Positions 50,771-64,000 of a DNA stretch of 64,000 nt are shown here, one piece after another. The stretch's first letter is position 1, and each line of letters begins with the position of its first letter. The DNA lies in assembly GCA_976551045.1 (NCBI GenBank), contig CDPCPM010000013.1:10602001-10666000 (forward strand), in the 5' to 3' direction. Both the position numbers and the translations under genes were made by a program. This DNA is from Glaucostegus cemiculus (taxonomy: Eukaryota). Under the pieces are notes generated by a model, which saw only the letters and a list, made by a program, of their open reading frames with translations, did not search any database and was not told where the DNA came from.

Positions 50771-51499
50771 AAAAATGATCCTGATGTTTTGTGTCACTCA
50801 TCATAAAATGACAAAGCAAAACATTGCAAACACCAGTCTGGTAAATACAATAAATCTCATTGCAATTCTGGCTAATTGTAAGTTGAACAACAGAGTTACA
50901 TGAATGTAGATTGCAGAAACTGGAAATGAGATAGGAAAAATGGACCGTACATATTTGTACTTTGTAGCTGACAATATGTGAGAGTATATGGATTAAAGGG
51001 AGGAATGGATCACTGCATTTTCTTAAAGTAAAACAGAATATCAAAGGACCTAGCAATATAACTAATTAAATAAAAGAACAGTACAAAATATTAAAGTTGA
51101 AGTAAAACAGTCATTTTCCATAAAATAAGGGAGCCAGAATATTGTGGTCTACTTATTTTTATTCTGAAAGAGAGAATGCAATTTTTGCAGCAATATAGTA
51201 TGTTCTAAACTTTTACAAATACTGTATTTGGTTGTGGCAGAATTTTATTCAGTTGTTATTTTGCCTGCAGTGTTGCCTGCAGCAACAGGATATTACTGAA
51301 AAGCCATACAGCACATATTCAGCCAGTTTAAATTAATCAGACTTATTGGAAGTAAACAGGATTTAATTGCAGTACTTTGGTTTGTTTTTGGTCACACACT
51401 GGCTTGGATAAGCAAGATTCATATCACTCTAATATTTCCACTGGCAGAAAGGATAAAGGAGATTTCACATGATTTATTCCTCAACTTTGTGTGTATTGC

Positions 51500-52680
51500 A
51501 CAGAAAGACCATTTTGGATGGAATGGCATAAGGAAGACCATAAGATGGAAAAAGTGAATGAAGGTTGAAAGAATGCAAGGTTAAGGTTCCAGAATAAAAC
51601 AGATGAGAAAAGGGCACTTATGATACAGAGAAAATGCAAAAAAAAAATCAAAATTTAAGCATGGAAGCAGGGAGTATCGGAGAGGAAAATGCCTCACAAA
51701 TGGGAGGAAGAGAATGAGCTGCTGATCTCAAGGGACAGAATGAGGTTTGAGATTTTAAAGAAGTATGCCATTGGACAAAGCAACACTTCGGACGAGGAGT
51801 AGAAAAGGGGTGGCAAAAAGGGTCAATGAGAAGATAGGAGTTGCAGAAGAGATGGGTGAACATATGGGGAAAGACAAAATGAGGCAAAGATAAAGAGGGA
51901 TGGGGAGGATCGATAAATGTTTAGGATGATGAGGAGAATGGAATGATAGGAGGGCTCAAGGATGGGTGGGCATAAGGATCAGTTTGGAACGATGAAGTGG
52001 GATTGTACAGAAAGAGTAAGAAAGGATCGAGGAGGAGTATGGGAAATGGATGAGGAGGGCAATGGGCAGAGGGAAAGTGGGAATGAATGACAAGAAAAAG
52101 TGAGAATGAGTGATAAGGGAAAGAAAAGAGGGAAAGACCAGGGTGGATGGAAGAAGAGGAGAGGAAGAGGGTGGTAGTAGTACTGGGGTGGAGGATAGGA
52201 GGGAAAAATAGAAAGAGGACAGGAAACAAAAGGAGAAATTAGAGAGGGAGGAGGAATGGGGAAAGAGAACAGAAAGGAGTAAAGGACTAGAGGGCAGGGA
52301 AGAAATAAAGGGCAGCAAGGAGAATAAAGGGGAAGAAGTAGTTTGAAAGTAGAACTGAACAAGGGAGGACAAAGGGGGAATCAGTGAGGGGTAAAAGTAT
52401 TCAGGGGAGGGAGCCAGGAGGTTAGGGTAGTGGGAAGGAGGTTCCAAAGGGCAAGTCAGTGAATGTTGAGAGATGGGATTCATTAATTAAATGGACAGAA
52501 CAATGTATCAGTGGAATGGATCAGGATGGAATGATAAGGAATGAAGAAGAGAATGAGAGGGGAAGAAAAGGAAGAAAGGGGAAAGATGGGAGAAGAGGAC
52601 AAGGGAGGAGGAAAGAGGTCAGGGGCAGAGGAGAGCAGGCAGGGGTGAAGGTAGGAAAATGGGAAGAGTATTTTTGAAAT
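51500..52680 (+). repeat. Long purine-rich (G/A) low-complexity tract
   Basis: Plus strand strongly enriched in G and A over about 1.2 kb, with no fixed period. Confidence 0.85.
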
Positions 52681-53179
52681 AAACATTGAGTTACAGGAGC
52701 ACACGTCAGCGAAACCTCAGTAAACCAAGAATGGGGCAAACTCAAGAAATTGCCTGAGATAACCCCCAGTTTTGTTTCTCTACTGCAAGCTACAGGCTCC
52801 CTCCTGTCTCATTCACCCTTACTTCCAATAAAATTGTAAAAAGTTCTTCGATAATGTTGTTACTTTGATTGAGTCTATCCATTCTGCTGCCTCTGATATC
52901 CTTTGTTATTGAAGATGATAAATTTCTCCTTGTCGTTCCCAGCCTTTGACAGGGTTCTCCACATCCTCCCTCTCCACCATCAAACTGCGTGCTGGGACTG
53001 CACTAACTTGGTTCCATACATATCTAACCAACTGTGGCACAGCATCCCATCATGCAGCTTGTTCACCCCTCACCTGTGCTTGCTGATTTATGCTGGCCCT
53101 CATTTAAGCACTGCCTTAATTTTTGGTTTTAGTTCTCCCTATCACTGAAATTGCTCCGAGCCATATATCTTTCTAATAT

Positions 53180-53440
53180 CTCCCAATTCTGGACTCTTGC
53201 TAATCCCTGAACTTAATTGCTCCATCATTTATTATTACGCATTCAGTGACAAGCCCCTAAACTCTTGAATTCTCACCCATATCTCCCCAGCTCTTTCCTT
53301 CTTTAAAACATTCCTTAAAATCTAACTTTTTGGGCAAACTTTTGTTCTTGTGTCCTAACGTTTCCCTTTCTGGAACATTATCATTTTTTGAAAACTCTCC
53401 TGTTGCACTATTTTGATATGGTAAAGGCACTATATGGGAT
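53180..53440 (+). mobile_element. Old L2-like 3' remnant
   Basis: Degenerate ...tccttaaaatctaacttttt...taaaggcactata tail; a similar minus-strand piece lies near 21570-21760. Confidence 0.35.
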
Positions 53441-54399
53441 GGCTTTTGGTTGCTTTACTTCAAGGTGTAATGGATATATCTTTACCAAGATGTCTGCTTT
53501 TCTTTGGAAATGTACTGCTGCAGTGCCAGCTTTTGGCCAATGCTAAGTACTTCACATAAAAACAGAGAGGGGGCCTTAGCTCAGTAGTAGGTAAATCATT
53601 TAACAATAGGTTGCATGATGATCCACTCATAGCACTGCCAACCAGCACAATGGTGTTGTGTCTGTTAGCAGTGCTGTGAATGGATTATCATGTGACCTAT
53701 TATTAAATGACTTTCCTTCTACTAGCTAAAATGGTTGAAAACAAGTTGTAAAATATAATACACTGATGCAGTTTCAAGGGAATAAGTGTAAAATACAGGG
53801 TGGGGAATATTCTCGCGAAACTCCAGGTGTAAGTGGGAAGATTGCAAGCTACACATTCAGATAATTTGACAGCACCTAATTCTACTAAGATTATATTCCA
53901 TTTATGGCATACAAAAAATTACAGAGTAGAGGGAAATTCGTACCTAAAAGCAGTGGTCCTTGGGAAATTATTATCCAAGCTCTAATGTGCAGTTCTTTCT
54001 ACCCATAAAGGAGGTGAAGGAGAATTCTTTTACAAAACAAACTGTTGTGATCTGGAATAAACTACCTGAAAGGATGGTGGAAGCAAATCCAATACTAACT
54101 TTCAAAAGGGAACTGCACATATCCGTAAAATGGGCATATTGGGAGGCTGTGAATTGGATATCCGTTTCAAGTAGTAAGCAGAAGCACAATGTATGAAACA
54201 GCCTCCCCCTGTACTGTAACATTCCATGGGTCCCAAATGGAGCCATTTGATTTAAATGGAACCAGTTGAAAATTAAGAGATCTGTGAGCAATTTTTGTGT
54301 TCAAATCGTTAAAAAAAAACCTGAGATTTTGTAATAATCTGGTGAGTTGTTGAAAGCGGGATGTAACTGTCTCATAACCTGTATTCAAGGTTATGATAA

Positions 54400-54583
54400 A
54401 TGATAAGATCTTTATTAGTCACATGTACATTGAAACACATAGTGAAATACATCTTTTCGCGTAGTGATTTGGGGGGCAGCACGCAAGTGTCGCTATGCTT
54501 CCGGCGCCAACATAGCATGCCCATAATTTCCTAACCCGTATGTCTTTAGAATGTGGGAGGAAACTGGAGCATCCGGAGGAAAG
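54400..54583 (-). mobile_element. 5'-truncated V-SINE with type-B tail
   Basis: Matches the tail and part of the core of 15993-16290. Confidence 0.8.
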
Positions 54584-54585
54584 TG

Positions 54586-54689
54586 GAGCAATACACAAAA
54601 AGTGCTGAAGGAACTCAGCAGGTCAGGCAGCATCTATGGAGGGAAATAAACAGTTGACGTTTTGGGCTGAGATCCTTCATCAGGACTGA
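54586..54689 (-). mobile_element. Penelope pLTR fragment with decayed hammerhead
   Basis: Minus strand AGTC-CTGATGA-A-GGATCTCAGCCC-AAAAC-GTC-AACT at 54652-54687. Confidence 0.75.
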
Positions 54690-55891
54690 TAAATGGAATT
54701 TGATTTTCTCATTTTTAATTCAGAGTATTTGAGGATACTCCTTGTTTGGTTCTCTCCTCTTCCTTGCTTTCATTAGTAATCAGAAATAATTTTTATTTCA
54801 TTAATTATTTTTTTCATGGTGTCTAAGGCCTCGCCTGTAAAATAGAGAACTGATGAATCATTACAAGCTAATATTGATACACCTGGATGACGGGTGGATT
54901 ATATTTTAGCACCAAGGTGTCAAGACTGTCAAGAAAGTATGGCATTTTTATTGGATATCCATCCAAAAGTTTTTCTGCCCCCCATAAGAATTGGTGTAAA
55001 ATCAAGATATAAAAATGGAAAAAGTTAGTACTAAATTGAAGTTTAAGGTTTGCCTGTTAGAAGTCCATACAAACTTGTGACAAAAGAAGAAAAATCAACT
55101 GTAAAATTAGCTGTTGCTCATGGAACCAGGATTTTTGAAACAGACATTAATTTATAGGAGCATGTGACAGCATCCCTGTGAAATTTCTCCATGTCTTTCC
55201 ATGCTCTGAAAAATAAATGGTCCCAAATCACATAATAACAGTCCTAATTTCAATTGCCTCCCAGTAAACCTTACTATTGTATCTTCTAATAAAAAGATGA
55301 TGCATCAAAGAATGAGCATTGTCCATTCTTCAAGTCAAACAACCTGGAAATGAGCAAAAATGCTTCACAAAAAAAAAAAATCAATGGAGGAAAAACCAAC
55401 TTTTTCTCTTTTTTTTTTACAAAGATATTGCACACTTAAAAAAGTACATGACAGTTTATTATGATATAAAAGTAAGTAAACTGCCATGTACTTCAGATTT
55501 CAGGTCTTACAGAATGCATGTCAACAAACAAACCATGCTGAAAATGACATTTCAATTCACAATGCAGCATTTGGGAGCAGTATGTATTCTGAAGTTTCAC
55601 TGCTATAAAATGAAAAGTACCTTAATTCACTTAATATTTCAGCCACAGGAGTTAAGATTAAAATTGTACTAACAGACTTGAATTGCAGTAGGAAATAAGC
55701 ATTGTGAGCATTGAAGTACTCAGCATTTTTCAATTTTACTGAACTAAGCTTACTATTTAGTGTCGCCAGATGACATAAATCATTATGATCTCATTGTTCA
55801 AACAAACCGGTTCATAAAAATACATATTTAACAACCATACAATATCTTGAAGATTTAAAATATAATATTTGAAATGTGCATTCCATCTTTA

Positions 55892-56101
<210 letters not shown>

Positions 56102-56437
56102 TTAAGAATACTTCAATCATGTGGCATTTAGTTGTAATAAATTATTTTCAATGCATTAACATTTTTATGCTTACACTCTTTACATCAATTACATTTGAGG
56201 AAGGAAGATTAGCTCCGATCCAAAACTTCACATTAATTTACAGGGCATATTTTAAATTTTCACCTCTCTTAGCTTTTCCTATCAGGGTTAGATTTTTCAC
56301 TTTGCGGTCAGAATTACTGCTGTACATTCCTGGTTTTATTGACTCAGCAATTATTAGAATGAGAAATAATGTTAAACATTTTGTCTGTTGTGGTTACCGT
56401 ACAAATTTTTATTAAAACAATTATTTAACTAGTATAA

Positions 56438-56614
56438 CACACAAAATGCTGGAGGAACTCAGGGGGTCATGCAGTACCTATTGAGGGAAATGGGCAGTTG
56501 ATGTTTTAGGTCGAGACCCTTCATCAGGACCAGATGCTACCAGAGCTGCTGAGTTCCTCCAGCATTTTGTGTGTTGCTCCAGATTCCAGCATCTGTGGTC
56601 TTTCTTGTTTCTCC
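56438..56614. mobile_element. Penelope inverted-pLTR insertion
   Basis: Perfect 27-bp inverted repeat (56436-56462 / 56549-56575). Exact 15-bp target duplication ATTTAACTAGTATAA (56423-56437 / 56615-56629). Decayed hammerhead at 56496-56531. Confidence 0.85.
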
Positions 56615-56859
56615 ATTTAACTAGTATAAACCACATAACCTGCTCTGAGATGAATTCAATTGTGCACATAAAAGGATATTGTTGACAAACAAGTATTCAT
56701 TAGACACGCATCTGGAACTTATGGAACCAGCATCTACAGAGGGTGACTTTAAAAAGTAAACTTTATTCAAACAAAAATCATCTCAGTCACTATTTTCATC
56801 CAGTAACTTGTTCCACAGCTTTGTAAATGTGAACCCATTACCCCAATGTGAAAACAAGA

Positions 56860-56945
56860 GAAGGATTGCATTATGTAGATGTCCCAAAGCCCTTTCAAGT
56901 TATCACAGTGGCAGCCAATTTATACACAGCAAGATTAACCCAAGC
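56860..56945 (-). mobile_element. DeuSINE (SacSINE1-like) 3' remnant
   Basis: Minus strand atcttgctgtgtataaattggctgcc...ctttgggacatc, recalled as a SacSINE1-type tail. A related piece lies near 39675-39735. Confidence 0.35.
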
Positions 56946-59709
56946 AGATATTTTGATCAGGGAATCCGATGAAAGGCCATTAACCTGAAACATTGTGCCA
57001 AATCTTTCTGGACTTGACCTTGGCACCCATGACCCCTGTCTACTTGACTCTCTTGGTCCAGAAGCAGATGGCCTTTCTGACTGTCCTCTGCACCTTGGAG
57101 ATTCATAGTGAGGTCTCAGGCAGCATTGTACTAATGCCCTACCAAGGAACATTCCTGACAGGTTTTAACAGAAGGCAGAGCTGGAGCTTTAACATTGATT
57201 AAATGCCTCCGACATTTCTTTGCTTATTTCTAGGATGCATCCTCAAATCCTCTCCGGGGCTTTGCATCTTTCCTAGGTTAAAAACAAATAGAAACTGGCC
57301 TTATGGTGCCTGAAAAATGCACTGGAGTTTTTCTTCATGAGTTTCTACCTTAATCCCATTGGCCTGTTTACTTCCCATATCCTTTAATCTTAACTAACTC
57401 CTTGTAGTTTATTGACTCTGCTTCAGCAACAACAGCTAGTGCTTTGCAAAATCTAACCACCTTCCACTTAAAGATCTCCTTTCTCTTAGATTGATTATCC
57501 TATTAGCTCAAACATGTTGTAGACTGGTGGAAGCAAATCATTCCCTAGTTACCTTGTCATAACATTTTATCACTTTTAAGAACTCTACCAGATCATCCCC
57601 TTAACTCTTATTAAGTTTGGTGTTAGAAATATAATTAAAAATGTAGTAAATTATTCAAAGACCCTCTGAAGATCGCAACTGTGGGACATGGAAAACACGT
57701 AGTGGAATTCTTCTGACCTTCTTCATGGGCACGCCTGATCTCCTGGTACATGGACAGTTCAAAGTGAATTCTCTGTAAGAAAGCTTGTCCAATTTACAGA
57801 TTCAGATGAGGAAAAATGAATAAGTTCCTTTACAAACATATGCTCCACCTGTCTGATGTTCCAACATTCAGTGTACCCTATTGTGCCAGCAGATTAAGGA
57901 AGAAACAGGAAAATCTCCCAATGCCGATGAAATAAAATATGTTCACTGAGCCTGAATTTAAGTCATACCGGAAGATAGACTAAAGATTAAATAACTATTC
58001 ACAGTAACATATTCCACCCTCTTTCAGATGAAATATTAAAATGATAGCCTATTTCTTTTCAAAAGAATGCATAAAAGTTCATTGGAAAAGTAAGAAATTT
58101 TCTGTCCTCTTGCTTCCATTGACGTGCCATTCCTACTTATTTTATGTGCTGAAGGCAAAGATTAATCACTGCAAAATAAGCCTTCCTCCCAAAACGAAGC
58201 AAACAAAAACTTCCCACATTCTACTAATCAATGACATATCTATTGTGTTGAAAAATGTATCACCAAACAACTGCACTCTTGCAAGACAAGAATCATTGAG
58301 TGATTTGACTGCCTCAGTAAGCCTGAGCCTGCAGAGACATCACTCCTCGGAGAGATTGAGGTAGGTGGACGTGCCCATGTAGACAGTGGGGCTAGGTCTT
58401 CACATGCCTGCACTTCCTGCCCTTTTCCCATGGGGTCCCCGTGTCCTGCACTTGCAATTTCTGGTTAAAGCTCCCCCTAGAAAGTACTGCCCAGCAGGAT
58501 TATCACTGGGATAGCTCTGATAAATAGTCTGCAGGTGCCCAGTGTAACGTCTGTGGTGATAACAAATACTTTACAGCATGTGAAAACGGCCTCCAGGAAG
58601 CTCTATGGTAGTCTAGTTACCCATACTGGTAGGAGTCGCCTTTTAAATGGTGTTCCAATAGAACATGCAAAATTATAGTTTTACTCCCTTGACTGCCAAA
58701 CAACAGTTGTCACTTGCAGGTAGATGGTTCAGGTTATGTTGGAAATGGTGAGAAACACTGACATAAGTGACATGATAATTGTGCAATGGTCTGATGCTGG
58801 AAGTATGTGCATTGGGATTTGAAATAGCTGGTTAAAATGTTGTTGTGGTACAATATAAGCTGCACGCGGGACAATGACATTTCACTCCTCAATAAAACTA
58901 TTTCCTATCACATAATCCTGAAAAAACACAGCACTTTTTAAATCAAATTTTCTAGTCAATCATCATTTGCAATAGCCAAGAGAATGTGGAGTGCTGTGAG
59001 ACAAGTGATTGGACTGATGATCAGTAAATTCAGTTCTTAGTTCTTAATAAAAGACCAACCTAATCTTTTTTTTAAAGAATCAAGTAAAAGATCATTATTC
59101 AGGGCTCTTAAAAATTGTTGTCTCAAGAAAAAAAAGCATGGGCTGCAATGTCAGCATTGTCACTTAACAGGAAGGCATTCACTGTGATTTTTGTGAGTGG
59201 ATGGCTCAGCATGCCAAAAAATAAGACATTCTTTTTCTGATATTCTCTGGAACAGAATGCTGCACATTTTAGCATGTAACATAGATCTCATGATCATATA
59301 TGTAAAGAAAACTAGAAAACAACATAGAAGGGATATAAGGGCCATTATTTATCTTATGATGATGCATATCCCTTAACACTAAAACAAATTTGAGAAATGG
59401 TTCCACAAAATTTAATGATATAGTTAATTAATCAGGGATGTAAGGTTCTTACAAGTAGATATTCAGAGCAATCTGTGCTAGATGACCATTATAGCAGGGT
59501 GCCAATGACCGCTAAAGGTACAAATTTCAGTAGTATCTGAGGTGCAAGACAAAAAGGGCATTGCCTACTTTCATAGATGAATATGTGCCACACTGGTCTG
59601 TTGCCTTGTAAGAGGCTCAAGTTGGGGAGAGGAGGTCATTGGTTAAACACAGAATTACACCTGATAGGTCATCAACTAAGGTATGTGGCTTACCTGCTGC
59701 ATCTCAATG

Positions 59710-60610
59710 TTTTTCATTTTTCAGGACTTGGGGCATTGGTGGCAATGCCAGCATTTATTGCCCATCTCTAATTGTCCTTGAATTCCTGCAGAGCTGTTGC
59801 TGAGGGTGTTCTAGGATTCAAAATCCAGTGATGAAAGATGAGCCATCTATTTCCAACTAATACGGTGTGTGCCTTGGATGGAAAGCTGCAGATCATGATG
59901 CACCCTTGCATCTGCTGCCCTTATCCTTCTTGCTGGTAGAGTTCACAGGCTTGGGAAGTGCTATTAGAATAGCAGGAGTAACTTTGGTGCATTCTGTGAA
60001 TGCAATATACTGCAGTCACTGTGCACCAATGGTGAAAGGAATGAACATTTTGGTGTGAATGTTAGGATGCTCTTCAACCAGTTTGCTTTGTTTTAATAGT
60101 TACTAGCACTGCATTCATCCAGGCAAATGGATACCATTCCATGATATTCCTGACTTGTGCCTAACAGATGGTTATCATGAGTTGAGTCACTCATCGAAGG
60201 ATACCCAGCTTCTGTCCTGCTCTTGCAACCATAGCTTTTACATGTCTGGCCAATGGTGAGCCCAACGATGTTGATGGTGGGAGACTCGGCAATGGTAATG
60301 CCATTGAATGTCAAGGGTCGATAGATTCTCTCTTGTAGGAAACTGTCATTGCCTGGTACATTAGTGGCACTAATGTTATTTGTCATTTATCAGTCCATGC
60401 CAAAATGTTGTCTAGGTCATGCTGCATGCAAGCACTGGCTGCACTGCCTAAAGAACGGTGAATGGAATTGAACACAGTGCAATTAGCAGCCAATATGCCC
60501 ATTTTTGATCTTGTGATGAAAGAAAGGTCATCAATGAAGCAGTAAAAGGTGGTTGTGTGTAGGGCACTGCCCTGAGGAACTCCTGCAGTGATATCTTAGA
60601 ATTGGAATGA
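59710..60610 (-). mobile_element. Old CR1-like LINE remnant
   Basis: ORF 60093-60386 (PLTFNGITIAESPTINIVG); same family as 29400-30960. Confidence 0.65.
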
Positions 60611-61589
60611 TTGGTAAAAACTGAAAACCAAAACATGGCAATGCTGGAAATCTGATATAAAACAGAAACTTCTAGATGCACTCACCAGAGCAGTAGCATC
60701 TGTGGAGATTACCTTTCCTTAGAAATGCTAAGGTTATGAAAAACTGCCTCAATTTTTTAAAAATAGTTATAAAGTGTAAATTGCCCAGAAACTTGTGGTG
60801 TGGAAGAGATATCACATGAGTTAATGAATTACTACAAGTTGTTAAATATTTATTTTATTCCATCAGCTTCCCAAAAAGCCATCTACATCATCCTGTAGAG
60901 TCAATATGCTGCATTGTGCAGTAAATTCACTGCAGAACGTTAAATCCAGTAATTAGTGGTATATGTACCTTTTTAATGGCATACTAACTGTTGATGATAG
61001 CTGATTAACCTCTCCAGCTCAGTGGTGAAATTCCTCTTATCAGGGCGCAGGTTATAGATAGAGATGTTAAAAAGTTAAATCTTACATTTAATTCTTATTT
61101 CCTTGGTCTCTTCCTTTCTCTCAATCAAATCTTACTTTCCTGTTTCTGAAGCTCCCCTTACAATGAATTCACCTATACACATTCATACCTGATCTTAGTC
61201 CCACAGGTTTGTATCTCAATCACTTCATCTCACTAGATCGCAAGTGCCCTATTGATTTTAATACACCAGTATCAGTTCGCACTACCAACAAGGGTGGACA
61301 TTTCTGAGAGACAAGTGCATGTAGAAGTCCAGTGTGCTATGCCCCGTTTACACATTAATCATTTTTGTAAACATGCACACCTGTAAACATACTTTTAAAA
61401 GGAATTATTTAGGCAGCACAGAATAAGATGATAATTTTTTTCATATTTTGCAACATTAAGCTTATGCCTGCTCTCAGAGCAAATAGTATCATAATCCGAC
61501 TTATTTTCCTGCAACCTATTCTTTCGTACTTTGCTGTAAACCCAATGTTCCTGCAACCCCCATCCCTCCACCACAATTTTCTTACCATC

Positions 61590-61770
61590 CATTTACACTA
61601 GAGGCAATTTTACTGTAGCAATTAACCTACCAGTACGTCTTTGGGATGCGAGTGGAAACTAGAGCAGTTGGACAGAACCCATATGATCACAGGGAGAACA
61701 CGCAAACTCCACACAGACAGGACTGGAAGTGAAGCAGCAATGCTACCTGCTGTGCCACTATGCCAGCCCC
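61590..61770 (-). mobile_element. Older V-SINE (HE1-like)
   Basis: cacagggagaacacgcaaactccacacagac is the reverse complement of the V-domain core. Lies about 60 bp from the exon donor at 61833. Confidence 0.65.
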
Positions 61771-61806
61771 TTATCTTACTAAACTGATACACTTATATGT
61801 TGTTCA

Positions 61807-62103
<297 letters not shown>

Positions 62104-63231
62104 TTACTGATTATGCTCCAGAACAAATGTATCTATTCGGAGTTAATCCACTCGTGTTACCAATCTACTACATAAACTTATATTTTAAATATGAGAAAAA
62201 ATGGATGTAAGAGTAGAAGACACTTGGGGAAGCAATTGGAATTCAATTTGTGGTTGCAAATACCAACTGCTTATTTTACAATAACTCATGTTTAAGTAAT
62301 AAAGGAAACAGTCCAACTATACATCAATTCAGTCAGCCTAAACACTAAATCATACAAAAGTAATATGTGCTTATGACCCACAGTAACAAAGCAATCAAAA
62401 AAGGGCAACGTGGTAAACCTACTGGGTTATAACGGGATATTGCTTAGTTGGGCAAGAAAGGTTTTTATTGATTGGATATAACTAAACAGGACATTGCTAA
62501 TATACAAAGAATAAAGTCAATTATTTCAAATCAGAGAAAATTTGAGCCTAAACTTAAATTTATAGCCTTCATCAAGAAAAGCTGGAGGGTCATACTAGAA
62601 TAACCCAAACAATTAAGTATATAGTCACAGTCAACCAAAATGAATGCAGATGCTTAATTTCCTTTAGCTTAGTTAAAATAAGGCAATCATGGGTTTATTA
62701 TTAGTTATGCTAGGCCTATTCTTATCCTATGTTGAGTTCTGCCCCTTGTTGCGTTCTCCCACATTAATTGCATTTCTTTTCAAGCTATGGCTATTAGAGG
62801 CACTTGGAAATAATGCCTCATACTTCCCATTAAAAGCTCATCATTCTTCAGGTTGGTTGCAAAGTTAGTTGAAGTTCAATACACTTCATCAAAAGGGTAG
62901 CAGATTACATACAAAACTCAATCCTAGAGTTTAGATAAGTACCTGGGTCAATTTAAGCTTTTTTCATTGATCCAAATGACACTTTAGCAGTGGTTCTGTT
63001 GGGTTTCCAAGTTAACATGAGCTGGAAGATAGGGCCGGAAGCCAAAGATGAGCCTTTAATGCAAAGAATTAAGCATGATTTCCAACTGGGATTTCCAAAT
63101 GTGAGACCACCCCGTTTGTTCCTTCTAGATTTTGAATGGTCATAACTCATGACCATGAATCAAAAGGGATGCTACATATTTTTCAAGGAAGCTTCAAGAA
63201 AATCTTTGAATCATTTCCTTTGTCCACTTAA

Positions 63232-64000
63232 TATTGGTATTGGTTTATTATTGTCTCTTGTGAAAAGCTTGTCTTATAAACCGATCGTACAGGTCAATTC
63301 ATTACACTGTGCAGTTACACAGTTAGTACATAGTGCATTGAAGTAGTACAGTAAAAATAGTAACAGTACAGAATAAAGTGTCACTGCTACAGAGAAAGTG
63401 CAATGCAATAAGGTGCAAGGTCACACAAGGTAGAATGCGGGGTCACAGACCATCTCATTGTTCAAGGGAACCGTTCAATAGTCTTAACACAGTGGGGAAG
63501 AAGCTGTCCTTAAGTCTGGTGGTGCGTGCCCTCAGGCACCTGTATCTTCTGCCCGATGGAAAAGGAGAGAAGAGAGAATGTCCCGGATGAGCGGGGTCTT
63601 TGATTATGCTGGCTGATACACCAAGACAACAAGAGGTAAAGGAGTCCAAGGAGGGAAGGCTGATGTCCATGATGCGCTGGGCTGTGTCCACAACTCTCTG
63701 CAGCTTCTTGCGGTCCTGGACAGAGCAGTTGCCATACCAAGCCGTGATACAACCAGATAGGATGCTTTCTATGGTGCATCGGTAAAAGCTGGTGAAAGTT
63801 GAAGGGGACATACCAAATTTCTACAGCCTCCTGAGGAAGTAGAGGTGCTGTTGAGCTTTCTTGGCTGTGGCATCTACCTGGTTAGACCAGGACAGGCTGT
63901 TGGTGATGTTCACACCCAGGAACTTGAAGCTCTCCACCCTCTCGACCTCAGCACCGTTGATGTTGACAGGTGCATGTAAACTGCCCCCTTTCCTGAAGTT
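63232..64000 (-). mobile_element. Rex1/Babar-like LINE 3' part (runs off the window)
   Basis: ORF 63455-63811 (FYRCTIESILSGCITAWYGNC..LKDSFFP); highly similar to 10000-10755. Confidence 0.9.

Noticed and set aside
51648-52745. Overlapping Pro/Ser/Leu/Phe-rich ORFs
   Set aside because: Artefact of the pyrimidine-rich strand lacking stop codons; the same applies to 27616-28162.

Overview
Vertebrate nuclear DNA, most likely from a cartilaginous fish (inferred from the repeat set: V-SINEs, CR1/HER1-like, Rex1/Babar-like and Penelope elements). The whole window lies inside one minus-strand gene, the diaphanous-related formin DIAPH3. Five FH2-domain/C-terminal coding exons join in frame: 62073-61834, 56068-55939, 24747-24623, 14878-14714 and 14203-14068. 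The intron 24622-14879 is a U12-type (minor spliceosome) AT-AC intron. The rest is intronic and rich in decayed LINEs and SINEs, with a solo LTR, Tc1/mariner-type MITEs and Penelope fragments carrying minimal hammerhead-ribozyme motifs. The least explained feature is a compact CpG island at about 29130-29350 in the 31-kb intron. It carries housekeeping-promoter motifs and a short ATG-exon plus GTGAGT donor on each strand, which suggests an internal bidirectional promoter. Repeat family names come from recalled consensus features, not a database search, and repeat boundaries are approximate.
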